Positions 21,261 through 35,085 of a stretch of 64,000 bases of DNA are shown one piece after another. The number at the start of each line of letters is the position of its first letter. Positions within the stretch are counted from its first letter, which is position 1. Both the position numbers and the translations under genes were made by a program. Source of the DNA: Setoptus koraiensis (Eukaryota; Animalia; Arthropoda); NCBI GenBank assembly GCA_048013815.1, contig CM106586.1, positions 3,534,001-3,598,000 of the forward strand, in the 5' to 3' direction. Under the pieces are notes generated by a model. It was not told the origin of the DNA. It saw only the letters and a program-made list of their open reading frames with translations, and searched no databases.

Positions 21261-24200
21261 AACTAGTGAATATCTATCTATCCACATTATTAATGTTTAG
21301 TAAATGGTGTCAAATTCAAAGAGTAAAGATATGAATAATCCTATATTGTTGTTCGAATGAAATTCGGCACAAAAATTCTCACTGATTGTGTCCAAGTTAG
21401 CAAAAAAGTGCTGAAAAGCACAATTGATGATTTTGAGCTAAGCACTGAGGTCGCTAGTGTATCGTAACGTGCACTGTGAACCATGCTTTGTGGAAGGCAG
21501 TTAAGCCTCTTTAAATTAGTGGGGATAATATATTGAAATAACCTTGTTATGTTGATCTAGCACGTGATACTCGACCGCAATCAAACTGGTTCGTAGCTCC
21601 TATGTATGTATGGGCACCTGCTGGTATAGCAAATATAGATATTTGTTATATACACGCAGACCGTCAAAGGCGCACAATAGCAGATAGTGACATTTACACT
21701 AATCAAAAGACTAGACTGCATGTGCCAATAGCACTAGTTAATGCTCAGATTGCAATTTGTATTCGGTCTGGTGTAATCTATCGCCAGAAATACACCACAA
21801 GGGGTTTGTTGAATGATACCATTGCCCCTCAGCCCTACTTACAATAAATTCGATTGGTGTTGTCTAGCAACTAGCGAGAACTAGAAGCATGACCATGATG
21901 AGGAGATGATTTTTGCTACTGGTAGCAGAGTAATATTCCATTGAGTATGCATCGAAATTGCATAATCAATGTATTCGACATGAGAATATTCGCCTGCATT
22001 TGCATGTTAAAACTGAACGCGACACATCGCTCAACGTGGAACAACTAATTGCCTCTCCATCATCGAGTTGCATTCGACACTAGTGGGACTAGTGTGGATC
22101 TAATTCCTAGTATTGAGACAATTGATATTGACATTATCATCACTCACAAAGTGCGCCATTGTATCGTGTGTTGTTTTCTGCGTGAAGCTCGCGTCGTAGC
22201 ATAGCTCAGAATATCTGGGGAGTAGAACAGCGAGAGAGAAAATTATGTTATAAGGTATTGGGGGCAAAAAACAAAAGAACACATATATCATGTCATATAT
22301 TTTTTAGATCAGTGAATATGTTTCATCTGTTTAGGTTACGTTGGACGCGCCACTTCAAATGGTTGCCTTCACGCGCATAAGGCGTCGCAAATGATTGCGA
22401 ATATACGCTAGAGATTGCTGGCAGTCGCATAGGTGCTGACTGGCTGGCCGGCTATCCTAACTGAATCTACTAAATCTAGTATATCTGCAGTAGTGTCGGA
22501 TATTAAGCAGAGGATGTCGGATCAAAACTGGAGGTCGTCCAAGGGAGGTCCATCAATCAACCTCATAAACTTGTACTTGTGCACAACAATAGTGATAGTG
22601 GTAGAAGTTAAAATTGTTGTTGTAGAGGACAACAATAACAGCAATGTCGATGCCAAGAAGTTTGCCAGTGCCGTCATCACGAATATAAAACAATTCATGG
22701 CGTCATTTGTTGTTAGAGGAAGTCGCTTGAATATCGGCTTTGGCTCGACAGAGGAATATTCTCGACGCGTGATGCCTTATGCACAGCCAGTTTTGTCGCT
22801 CGTTTCGGCCAAATGAGGCGAAACAACACGAAGCTAACACTAAATCAGCAAACTCTAGATAGAGGAAACTACCGTTGGAATAGGGGAACAAATTTCATGT
22901 CAGCCATGGAACAAGTCACGTGCGTAAACAGGAGGAGCGTTGAAAACTTTTTTTTTGTTTTGTTTCTGTTGTGATAATTTGCTAAATTGAACGGCAGCAC
23001 TAGTTTATTACACTGATCCCTGTCGAGCCGGTTGGGCCCAGGGAACAATCAGGAAAGCGTGCCTAATTGAATGGACACTGCAAAGTTTGAACATATAAAA
23101 TTAAATTTGTCAGCGAGTAAATTGGAGGCGAAATTGTAATGTCAGGAGCGACAAAATAGTGTGTCGTGAGTGCAACTTTGATCGTCAGCGAATAATTGTT
23201 GTGTCCATCGGAAGGGCCCATTGGCTATTATTTTGGCCAAACGTGCAACACTGTGTGCTTTCGGTGGGCATATAGGGTCGTATCGGTGGCCTAATTTACT
23301 ATTATTATCAGTTTTAGTTGTATTGTTATTATCATCAGTATCATCGTGTTGTTCGGGCTCGACGGACAGAGAGGAACCGGGCTGAAAATTGCGACAACAA
23401 TTACTTATTGGATTGGACCTGACGGGATAAGATGGGTCACAGAAGGGCCATTATTAGCAATTGTTTGCAGTGGATGGCCGCAGTGCTCATCCCCTAATGT
23501 GTTTAGTGTGTCAATTTTCTGTAGCTAGTTTTTGCATAACACTTTGCTAATATCCAATTCGAACTAGCACACCCAGACTGTGCGCCAGTTGTGTGTGTGT
23601 GTGTGTTCCAGTTGCGCGCGCAACACGCGCACACACACACACACAACAATGTTGGTGGGTGCTGGGTTGCGCGCCTAGGTGTGTGTTGTCAGTACCAGCA
23701 ATTGCGTGTTGTGCGACTGTTGCACAGTCGCTCAGCACACAATCGCCAATTGATGGGCGCACATCAGTAGTTGACACGATTGTGTGCGTGTGTGTGCGTG
23801 CGCCAGCTCGACGACTGCGGCCGCCAGAGTAGCGATTGGTTGTGTTGCGGCTGCACTGGAGGCTCTAGTAACTAGAGTCTAGTTGCGCCCTCACAAGTCG
23901 TTGTCAGTTAGAGTTTGGTTGCCGATAAAAAGTGCAGCACCGCAAGCACGCGACAGCGTGGCTCGTTGAAATCGTGCAACAACCAGTATTGTGCAGTTGT
24001 TACTGTTACCACGCTCAAGTTTCGAGTCGAGCGTAGAATCGGATCATCGTCGACGAGGCAAGACAAGACTACAAGCATATTGTTGTTATTAATTATTTTT
24101 AAATTAACCACAAATTAGCGAGCAACCCGTTCATTGCACAACAAAGTGGCCCGGTTGAACCGACCATCCAGCGATCATTCGGCGATCATTCAGCGATCAT

Positions 24201-24319
24201 TCAGCAATCCAGCTATCAAGCCAGCAGTCAAGCCAGCAACCAAGCCAGCAACCAGCCCCCAATCAATCTAGCAAGCCAACAATGACGACGAGGCAGCACC
24301 GTCTCGGCAGCACGTAGAC

Positions 24320-27300
24320 ATGGGCCTCAAAATGTTGAGACTGCAAGCGCCGGCCGTCGAATATCGAACGGTGGCCCGGTTGTGCCTGGCGACCGTTCTA
24401 TATTCGATTGTAATTACGTTGTTGTGTGCGGTGTGTCGCTCTGGTCATGCATACAGCAGCAGCAGCAGCGGTGCGCCCCCCTTGTCGCGCCCCCTCGTTA
24501 TAGGAAGCACTTGGGCGAAATCGAACCATGATCAAGCAGGCAACGTGGTGCAGCGGCACCACGGCTCCATTTTGGCCCGTCGGCACCACGAGCGATCGAA
24601 CCAATTGAGCGAGTCCGTGCACCGTGCACCGACGAATATTCCGCCGACGAACATTTCTGCGCAGAGACATGGGCGATTAATTAATAATTTTGCGGCCGAC
24701 CCAGGCCGCCCGAGACACCATTTAGACAAACGAGACGCCCCCGTGACCCAGCAAGCGGATAATCCGACTAATAATAATCCAACTAATTATGCCATCAGCA
24801 GCAGCAGCACCAGCGCCCTTGTGCAACAAGACGCGCCGGCGGGCGATTCGGCAGCAACAAATTCAATAAATAGCAGCAACAACAACATGGATGCCGCTGA
24901 ACAGGAAATATTGAAAGAGCTGCAGCGATACTACATAGTGAAACAAGCAAACAATAACGCTATCAACCACAACAATATTCACCAAGCACCACTGTTGCCG
25001 TTACCAGCACCAAACAATGTTACCGTCACACTAAAGTCTTGGTATCCGCCGATAATAAAATTGAATTGGTGCATAACAGAACTAGATGGGCGCTATCGTC
25101 CGCCTGTGATAGATATCAGAAAGCAAACGTTTGTTAATAATAAAATAAACGCAACGGGACAATCAGACAACTCAGACAGTGATAGCGACGCGCTGGACGC
25201 TTTCAATAACGATGCCATGGACGATCAGCAAGATCTAATTGGGGCCGATCTAGACGAACAGGCCGACCAAACAAATGGTAAGTCGGCCAATTCATTTGTC
25301 ATCAACATTGTCAATACTACCAACGACAGCGACTCCAATCACAATGGAACACCAACAGTGATCAATGGCAGCAAAACAGTGACGCACACCACTAATCAGC
25401 CGCCACTGTCGTCACCAACCACATTAAACGCAAACAAACAACAACAAACACAGTTAACCCATAACGATTGTGAATATCCGGCCTCAGGTATCCATTCAAT
25501 GATCTCTGACAATGCACCGCATAAGCAACAAGCAAAACGTGGCAGACATATTCTTCGCAAAGCCCTCAAGGCATTCCAGGTCACTTACAATGCCGTGGAC
25601 TCTAGGTGAGTAGCTCACTTCTTTACCTCTAGCTCACTTTTTTTTTGCTGCCCCAATATGCAAGCGGGCGCGACGCCCCTGAGCGCGCCCCAGTACAACC
25701 ATTCTCATTTGTGGGCCCCCGTCGGCTTAGCTGCGCTCGTCAGCGCTCTTCTTGTTGTTCTCGTTTCCTTCTCACAAACCACGCGATACCTTCAACTGTT
25801 TCCTGTCTGACTTCCCCTCCTTCTCAGCCACATCCTTCTCCGATGCTGCCCACAGTTGTTGTTGTTGTTGTTGTTGCACGTTCCCCGGCCGTTCCACTTT
25901 ACATATCACGGTATCATATTGTGTCACAACCCTCTAAACACACACACACATTCAGATGTATAATCTACATTTGATCCGTGTTGTTGTCGTGCGATATTAT
26001 TGCTCCACCGCTGCCGCTAACGCGCTTATCTCCTTCACTCCGTGGCATTTAGTCCATGGTCTGTGTGATCTGTATGGTCTCAAATACAGCCACAACAGCT
26101 TGCCAGCTGGACTGATGCGGCTCAACTCTGAAAACAAAAAACAGAATGCCGCTCATTGTGTTGCTCTGTCTCTTTCGCCACCGGTGACGATTTTCCATGG
26201 CTCGCCAGAACAACATAATGGACCCCACTTTGAACCCACTATGTGCTGTACGTGTTTTGCGCCAAATGTCTCACTAGTACTGTGCTCTCTACGACGCACA
26301 AACACGCGCTTACACACGCACACGCACACACACACACACACACAAACTATGTCCCAGTGACTAGGATTAGATGTTTATGCACCGGAAACAAGTGAAGCAA
26401 ATAATAATACACGAACAAAACTTGACTCCTCATTCGCCTTTATTTACTCACTCTCCCCTCTCGCTCCTTTGCTTTATGAACAAATATACTATTGCCAAAA
26501 GTTAGAGGACTTCTTTCTTTATCTTCTTTACTTCTTCTATTGTTGTTGGTGCCCCCATTGTGTTATGCGAACTTCTTTATAGTCGCTTGGCTCATTCAAC
26601 TAAGATTTCTAGTTCCACTATGCCGGAGTAAACAAGATTTTGGCTAAATAACAACCAAGTCTTGTTGGTCTGCGAGTGACATCCTCATTTTCCTCATTCT
26701 CCAATTTGGATTCTCTTCTCTTCTTCTAGATTTTGATGATATTTCTAGTCAAAGCCCACCAAAGCACCATGGACCAGTAAGGGTGGTAGCATTTTCTGTT
26801 GTTATTTTCAACCAACAATCTGTATGTCGACCTACTCTAGGCAACATTAAGTCTCGAAAACGCCCTAATGGTATAAGAGCGAAAGCCCAAGAGCGAACGA
26901 AGCTAAGCTAAGGGCTAGATGAGTCCTAATTTGCCGGTACTGACAGTGCCAACAAAACCAGCCGGCAAAGATTATCTTCAAGGGTGCTGGCTATAATATT
27001 CTAGTTCAGCGCACCCAAGCAACCTCCTTTACTGTAGAACGAAATCTTTTGGCCTTGGCACGCATGGCGGGTTCCACGAGTTAGTCTGCAGTAGAAGTTT
27101 CTTTTTTATTTATATACTCCACCGCTGAGACTCAAATACAGAAAGATTTCATATATAGTGCAATTGTGTATTAATGTTGCGCGAATGCTAGCTAAGTTTA
27201 GTTGGTTAACTTATTGCAAAGCATGAAAAAAGAAAGCTGAGAATTGATGACCAGCAGTCGGGGTCAAACTGGATGTTATGTTCCAGGTTCTAGTTATTGT

Positions 27301-30300
27301 TGTTGTGTGTGGCTTCATTGCGTCGTGGTAATAGTAAACTCGCTTCAGTTGTTTATAGCTGACAAACATTCTCTAATCGATCTGATGACATAAAGCAGCC
27401 CAGCTAAATCTGTGCCTGCACCCACTCTCCTTTTATCCCGATTGTCGTTCTCGTGGACGTGGTGTAATTGAGGCTTTATTGAAGTCATCGTTCGTTTCTT
27501 CTAATCATGAGCGAGTGCCGAAGCCAACCCGAATGAATGGTTCGGGGCCGAAAGAAAGACAAATAAAGAAAGGGATAGAGAGACAACTTTGTTCCATTGA
27601 GCACAAACACACAAACGAAAGACATCAGATGATTGACTATGCTGAAACGCGGATTTGCTTCACCAATCGCTATCTCTTTGATTAGATGATCGCTTTGAGC
27701 CAGCTAACTTTTTCGCCACCCCCAATAGTACCTCTATTAATCTAGCTAGCTGTTCTTTTGATAGCAGTAGTGCTGGCAGTAGCAATGGTGGTTTCAGTTG
27801 TCCTTGTGATTGGTCATAAACCCGATAGAACTGATTATCTCGGTTATTATGCTATGTATGTATCCAGCTTTGTTATAGTGCCATATACATACGTATGGAC
27901 CATTATTATTGGTAGTCACTATATTTGCCAAAGCGATGAACAAAACAATCATCTGAAATAACCATCAAGGAAATTGGCACTCAAACTATACATAGATAGA
28001 GTGCTCTTAATTTATCTAGCTGCACAACATACAAACACACAATGCACATATGTATGTTTATATCTATCTTGCCAGAGCTATGCGGACAAATATAGACGAA
28101 TTGTTTGTTTTAACATTAGCATTTGGACAATGACCACATTATTATTGGAGCCCAGTAGCGTGATAGAAACAAACCAATTCCAAACACAGAGAAATCTTAC
28201 ATAATGACTCACATTTAGACAATATAATAGAGGGCGTGCTATATTGGCGGATAGCCCATTATCAGTGATAGTCATCTCATCTCGACATATGCACAACAGC
28301 TACTAGGCCTCTAAATTTGTGTGCCAGACTTAAGGCCTATCGTTGCAATTTATTCAGCCACCCTCTGGCCATTGTCAGAGATATGGAGACCACAGGGGGA
28401 TTGTTCAATTCTACATGTATACTGTTCGCGCACGGTGTATAAACGTGCCATGACAAAACAGGGGGCTCGCTAGGCGCGCGTGAAATGGGGCATCGCAGCT
28501 CAGAAACAGATTGAATGAGATAATACATTAAGATAACAAGAGATAAGGTTCCTCCATGCCAATTCGATGTGTCAGAGATAATGTTATTTAAGGCAAGTTG
28601 TGACTTTCACTTTCAATCGATTCACCACTGCACAATTGGCAACTATAATGTTGCGCGCAGCGCTTATTACACCAACAACCCGGCTTAGCTCGCTGAAATG
28701 TGATCTTTTCCGTGCTCATTTCCATACTACTCATAGAGATATTTACTTACGGAGTTTTCACTTTGCAGCCTCGTGCGCTATTTACAACAACAAGAAACAT
28801 TTCTTTCCTTCTAATCTGACCTCGAGATGGCGAAACATACCAGTCGCGTCAAAATAGACATTTATTACCCAACTGCGTGTTATATTTTTTGCAGATGTAA
28901 TAATAACGACCTGCCGAACTATCATAATCGTGATTTGCTTGCAAACGAAGATTCGCCTCTGAACAATTTCGCTCAGCAGAGTGCAGCCACAATAATCTGA
29001 GATCATTATTTGCTCGTAGCACGATACTCTATGACTCGCGATCTCTTGCACTCTCAACGAACTTCATTTGTCACATTTACAGTCTGATAAAATAGATAGA
29101 AACTGCCATCGTGAACTGTTTAGCTCGCATGCACCGATTGAATTCCATGATAACAATTCAGCCCAAATAGCTCGTCGATATATTCGCCTGTCACGCCATA
29201 ATTAAAACATGCTAGACTGGATTGCAATATGCAAACATTTGAGCAGGTCTCAGATCAGAAGCCTTTCTTGATTTGAGAAAATATTGAATCAATAGTTATC
29301 TGTCTGGAAATGAATTCTCGTGTATCTCATGCATAATTTCGATTGCCAGACTCCCATTTTCATCGTTCGTGCTCATTCGGTTGCAAGATTAAACTCAATA
29401 AATTATAGGAATTCGGTAGAATACAATTTAGTATCTGTGGTTACCATTATTTAAAGATATATGCGAAAATTTGGAGCCATAACTGGAGTATAAATAACGC
29501 TGTGCAATTCTAAAGAGTTTTCTATGATCGCTCTGCTCGGTTTCATGATCTTGTTTTGAGGCCAACTGGTCTGGGCGCATATTTTATGAGTCGTTTGTCT
29601 TATTTTGATAGAATGATTCATAGAAGAGATTGTCATCGGAACACAAAACCAGATCAGGCGGTCTATGCGGTCAAAATATGAATGTAATAAGCAAATTTGT
29701 AGGAATAATACATACATAAATGTGCATGTCAGTCTTTCCAAACTCATTCAGCTACGCAACATTGAAATGACCATGCATAAGAGGACACATCGGCATGATA
29801 ATCATGCGGGGCTTGGTTAACTAAGCTAAATTGGTGACAATGAATTGCACCGGCTATTATTCATATTTCTCATGATGGTCAAATAGACAGTGAAAGATTG
29901 AGGGAGATGACCAGATAGTACGGCGAAGAATACTGTCATCATCAATCATATGATTGTAATCTATCATTAGGGGAGAAGAGAATGGAAACTCTTTGTTGCG
30001 AATAGTTGAGGCCGTTTTCCTTTTTTCGATTCCAATTATATGGCCTCATTTTCATCTCGCTCTTTGGCCAGCTGGTTGGTTTCAGTTTGGTGGCTAGCCG
30101 GTCAGCCAGTAGGACTGACTGTTGGTGTTATCATGATAGAATAGCAGATTTTGTTCATTGATTGTGGCTCTAATGTTGTGGAGGGAAAACAGTTTTTTAA
30201 AGTATCCTACGGCAGCGTCTGATGATCGAGTTTTGTTAGAGTTTGTGTTTCGCTTAGCTCAAACACACATTTATCTTTACATCTAATTGTGTGTACATAT

Positions 30301-31457
30301 TTATCTAGATACATCATGCTTTCATTGTCGCCACCATATGATGCCGTTTCCAGATGAATGAAGCCATTATTTTATTTATTTTCACATCACTAAGCAGGCG
30401 AAAGTGCCCACATAACTCGGACAAGTGTTGCGTGAATAGCATGGTGTAGTTTTAAGGGCTTCTTTTTAGTTGATTTGCTTGTTAAATTTTTACAGTTTCT
30501 CGGCTAGCTGTGTGGCGTTCGCAACCCGTTACGTATGATGAGTGCCATGGGTCGCATGTAATCGATCATTTTATCATCTCGCAGACATTTCTTTTCTCTC
30601 CCTTCCTCCCTCGCTCCCTCCCACCATCGCTGACCCTTCTCTGTCTTTTCGCGCCAGCGTCCACATTATCGCCCACCAAGATCAATGATGAATAGCCTTC
30701 GGATAGCTTTGTTCACCAATCGATATGGCGATTCATTCGCATCAGCGTGCTGGAATCTCTAATGTCAAATGGCTACATTTCTGGCCAACAGAGGAAAAAA
30801 ATCCATTGACAGGTCAGCAGCAGCTGTTTGAGAGAACATCCCGCAGTCAGTTCATTGATTCTATCCATTTTCTACATTGCATAATAAATGACATTAGAGC
30901 CGCCCGCTGCATTGCAGAGAGAGAGAGGCTGGATAAGTCAGAGGGGGGTGGGGGGGTGGCGATCTCACATCTCTCTCCCGTGCGGTATGGCGTTATTCTG
31001 GCGATCGATATCCATCAAGTAGCGGCCAGGCCCGATGCCGTTCATGCTCGATGGACTATTGTAGATTTCTTACTTCGATTGGGGGACGTTCTTTCTCAAT
31101 TCTGGCGCGGCTGTTATGTAGTTATGTTAATATAGTGAGTAGTCTAATGATATTAGGACATTCTCTCAAGCGTGAATTTTGGAGCTAACACATAAAACAC
31201 ACGTTACGGTTAGATAGCGCGCACGCGCTGCTTTGTTGGCAAGCAACACTCTTGTGGCCGTGGGGTAATCTTTTATTGCCTTAAATATGTGATAGTAATG
31301 AAAATTGTGTTCACTCTTAGGCGCACAAAACAAACAAAAGGTGAGCTGGCAATGTCCAGCGGTAAGTGGTCGTGATCAAATTACATTAGTAGTTATTGGT
31401 TGGTATATTAAAACAGACACAAAGTTGTGTAACTGTGTGTCTGTTTTAATATAAAAG

Positions 31458-31528
<71 letters not shown>

Positions 31529-34500
31529 CATGTCCACTGCCGCTGGCATTTTTTGTATCAGATATATAGTTATCTACCAGATAGTTTGTGTGTGTTTTAG
31601 CTTATTATGTGTGTGTGTGTGTGTGTGTGTCATATCTTTGTAAGAGTATACGAGGTTTCTAGTGTCTCTAGCCACGGTGATATGACTTTCGCTACTACAA
31701 ATGTTGCGTCACAAAACAACTAACTGTACTGGGCGATATACATCAGTGGTCACACAGGTAAAGTGGTTGACACCCCACAGTAGATGAGGTAGCTCCGGTA
31801 ATATCTCATCTACTGGTAGTCGTGTTACAACTTATGTTTGTTCTTATGTTGTGTGTGGCTGGTCGTGTGTACTCACAATAATGCACTTCTTGTTACAATA
31901 ATGTTGGCCCCTTTCTCCCTTTTCTCTCTCGCCTGCCAGCCAGCCAGCCAGCCAGTTCACTCATGTACATGATGCATGAACTAACAGCTTGTGCTCTGGC
32001 CAGCTTGTCCGTATATCTCAACTGACCAATTGTGTTGTTGCTTATTGTCAATAAGCAACAACCTCCATTGGGCCTTGCACATATGGTTGGTTCCCTATGT
32101 GATTATAGGAATTCTTAGCGAGTTAACTGTCTAACTAACTGGGCAACTTGCTCAAGCGGCCGAGGTAAGAAAGTTAGTTGTGCTGGCAGAAGCGTCCGTC
32201 TTGGCGTTAGTTTTGGTGAGTTAGTGTTAGTTGCGTGACGACGACAATCGGTTTGTTGTTATTCGAGCACGAGCATGGGCACGGGCACGGGCACGAGCGC
32301 GAGCACGAACACGAGCACTAACACAGGACAGAACTCGAGACACTTTGATTAGACTGGCAATTATTTGCTTATGAGAGACCAGCGCTGACGTTCACTCTTT
32401 CATCCAGACCATCTTGATTGTTGCACGGCCAACAATGAACGTGACTTACTTGTGTGAGTATTAATATAGAAAAGTATCATGATTGGATTTGGCACTCATA
32501 ACTGCTACTTTATATCGACGTTATATAATGGGCACTTTTGGGCTAGAATGACCTCTCCCGCTCTCCTGTTCGCCCGTTCTCGCGCTCTCTCGCTAGCCAA
32601 AACTGCTGTAAACACTGCTGCATCTGGTCATATGACTCATATATATTGGCGTTCTCTCTAGCCTCCGCTAGCAGCCGCCGCTAGAATTAATGTCTTTCTA
32701 ATGATGTTACACGCTTAGCCCTTTCGCTCGAATCGCTATAGCCGCTACGGAATACCCATGTAGCATCAGCCAAAAACAGCCAGCGCCAAACAAAGTCGCT
32801 GCCAACAAACTATCTGGCTGGCTGGCTGGCTTGCTATTTGTGTCTCGCTATACTTGATGGTGGCTCGATGGTGCGCGCGCTCCAATGAACAGGGATACAA
32901 ATGATCACAAACACAAATACGTGATCGGAATCTATTTCTCTCCTTCTCTCCCGATTTCTATCTGCATCTACCATATACCAGGGGCCACGGGAGCCCACAT
33001 CTGTTAGCTTGATGCTCGTTTCATGTCCATTTATCAACATATGTCCACGCTACACTGAATTTCAGCTCCCCCCTTCGCCCCCGTTCCATTCAAGTCTATC
33101 TAAACTCGAACAGACTTGCTAGCAGAATGTTAGAATGATTATAATGTTAATGCACCAATACCATTCTAATCTAATTTGCTTGCCATACAAGTGAGAGCCA
33201 GTTGTAATTTAGACACAACAATTATCGACAATGATCAGCCATGATATTGTCTTCAATGTCGTGTTGTCAAGTTGTTTACTCTCCCTCAACTAATCAATCT
33301 AATTATAACGAAGCATGATCATCACAACAGCAACAACTCTAACTCTTGTTTTTGGTCTCATTGATTGTTGTTCAATTATCTTAACCGTTATGCCATGTCT
33401 CATGTACCAATCATCGCCATCTGATACGCCTACATACACAGGTTCAAAACAGTTGAAGAGTATCCACCCTATCTAAGAAGCATAACTTTGGAACGTCTTG
33501 CACCTGCCACCAAATATGAGCTTAGAATAGCGGCCCTATATGTCGGAGGAAACAAAAATCTAAGTCAAAGAGTCCACTTTATATCACCGTCTGACAATGA
33601 ATCTAGACGCTTCAGAGAAAATTCATACAGACCGATACACAGATATCCCGACGAGCCACCGGGACCGTATAAAATACGTGGCGAAGAAGTCACTATAGTG
33701 GTGCTCGTTCTCATATGCTGGATGGCCACCGTTGTTATATTTATTAATAAATGGGGCAAAATACGAATGTTAGAGCCTTATCAGCCAGCCTACAGAGAGG
33801 CCCCACTATTTCATCATAGCTCCATTCATGGTCCACCAACTAAAGGAATGAGCTTTTGTGGCGGAGTGGTGGCCAACGCTTCAGGCGTCGTTGGCGTTAG
33901 CGTAGGAGGTCCTGGGGGCATTTCAACCGGCCCGGGAGGTTCATTAACCACTTCGGGCCCAATATTCTTCACTACGACTGGCCAAGGGGGTCTGCCTTCT
34001 AGGACAAGCAGCCAAGTGGGCCAGGAAAGATCGGGAGTTAATTATGATTTGGGCAAAATTGGCAAACAAACTTCAACGGGTGGCTATAGTGGTCTTAGAG
34101 GTCATCATCATCCCATGTCATTATTTGCCAGTAAAGCTCACGCTATAGCCAAGGCTTCGTCCGTCTTACAGCAATCAAATTGGCGCTATAGAGCCGCTAC
34201 TGGCCATCGTATACCATCTCTTGTTAGCAGTGGACACGACATAACGCAATCTTTATATAGACAACTCGATTCTAGAACGTCTAGAATGTGTTCCATGGAG
34301 GCTGAGGACAGAAATCGACACAATCAATACAAAATCGTCAGAATGGGCTCGTCAACTACGTCTGGTCAATCTATGGAACAGCAGCAGTTAGACTTGAGCC
34401 AGAATAGACAAAGGAGACTATTATTTATAAACAAAAAAGAGCAAGAGTTATCTAATGCAAGTGATGATATTTATGTCAAACACAACCATCATCACTATAG

Positions 34501-35053
34501 GTTACGATCCCCTCATTCTTCTATATCAACACCATCAATGCCGCCAACTCGTACTAACAGTGATGAAAAGTATGATAATAACACCAAAGTCCAACAGCAA
34601 TTACATCACATTCTTATTGAGCCTCCATCGCCCCAAAGAGTTGGCAGTTCAAGAGGATATCAAAGCGGACCAGATTGTCTGTCTCATAGTCGCTATGGTC
34701 AACAACAGCAACATGACCAATCATTATTGTTGGATGCACACGATGCATACTTGAATGATAGAGTGGGTGCCTCGAGGCCTAGATTGAGTTCGGTATTTGT
34801 AACTAGTCCCTATGCGCGCGCTCATCGAGATAGTTTTGCCATGTTGCGAGCCATCAGCCAGAAAAAATCAAAATCAGCCGAGGATGTGGCTTGCCTCTCG
34901 AGTCTGGTTTTGAAAATTTGGAATAAAGATCGAAATCCATTACTTCAAACAGCGAATATTAGTAAAGATAACGACAATGATGATGTGAGTTGTGTTAGCA
35001 CAAAGGCAAAACGCCGTCGGCCAAGATCATCACTGACCGTTGCACATTTATAA
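24320..35053 (+). CDS. Type I membrane protein with one FN3 domain, FNDC4/FNDC5 (irisin precursor)-like; join(24320..25605,33442..35053), 965 aa
   Basis: Signal peptide; donor AG|GTGAGT at 25606 and acceptor ACACAG| ending 33441 join in phase 2 (…FQVTYNAVDSR|FKTVEEYPPYLRSITLERLAPATKYELRIAA). Then GEEVTIVVLVLICWMATVVIFINKWGKIRMLEPYQP, the TM/juxtamembrane signature of this family. Confidence 0.85.
31461..31526. repeat. (GT)33 microsatellite
   Basis: Perfect dinucleotide run inside the 7.8-kb intron. Confidence 0.95.
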
Positions 35054-35058
35054 GAATT

Positions 35059-35069
35059 AATAAAATAAA
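35059..35069 (+). terminator. Overlapping AATAAA polyadenylation signals of the FN3 gene
   Basis: AATAAAATAAA 5 nt after the TAA stop at 35053. Confidence 0.6.
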
Positions 35070-35085
35070 ATTGTAATTTTTTTGG

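Noticed and set aside
21602-22891. ORFs of 81 and 127 aa and small antisense ORFs between PHB2 and the FN3 gene
   Set aside because: No recognisable motif, and lengths compatible with chance.
28600-29747. 85-aa presequence-like ORF (+) and 98-aa and 91-aa same-frame ORFs (-) in the FN3 intron
   Set aside because: The sequence between the two minus ORFs has about 7 stops in 130 codons (random-like), and there is no homology evidence.
30725-31135. 136-aa ATG ORF inside the intron
   Set aside because: No motif and no supporting splice or poly(A) context; one ORF this long is plausible by chance in 8 kb.
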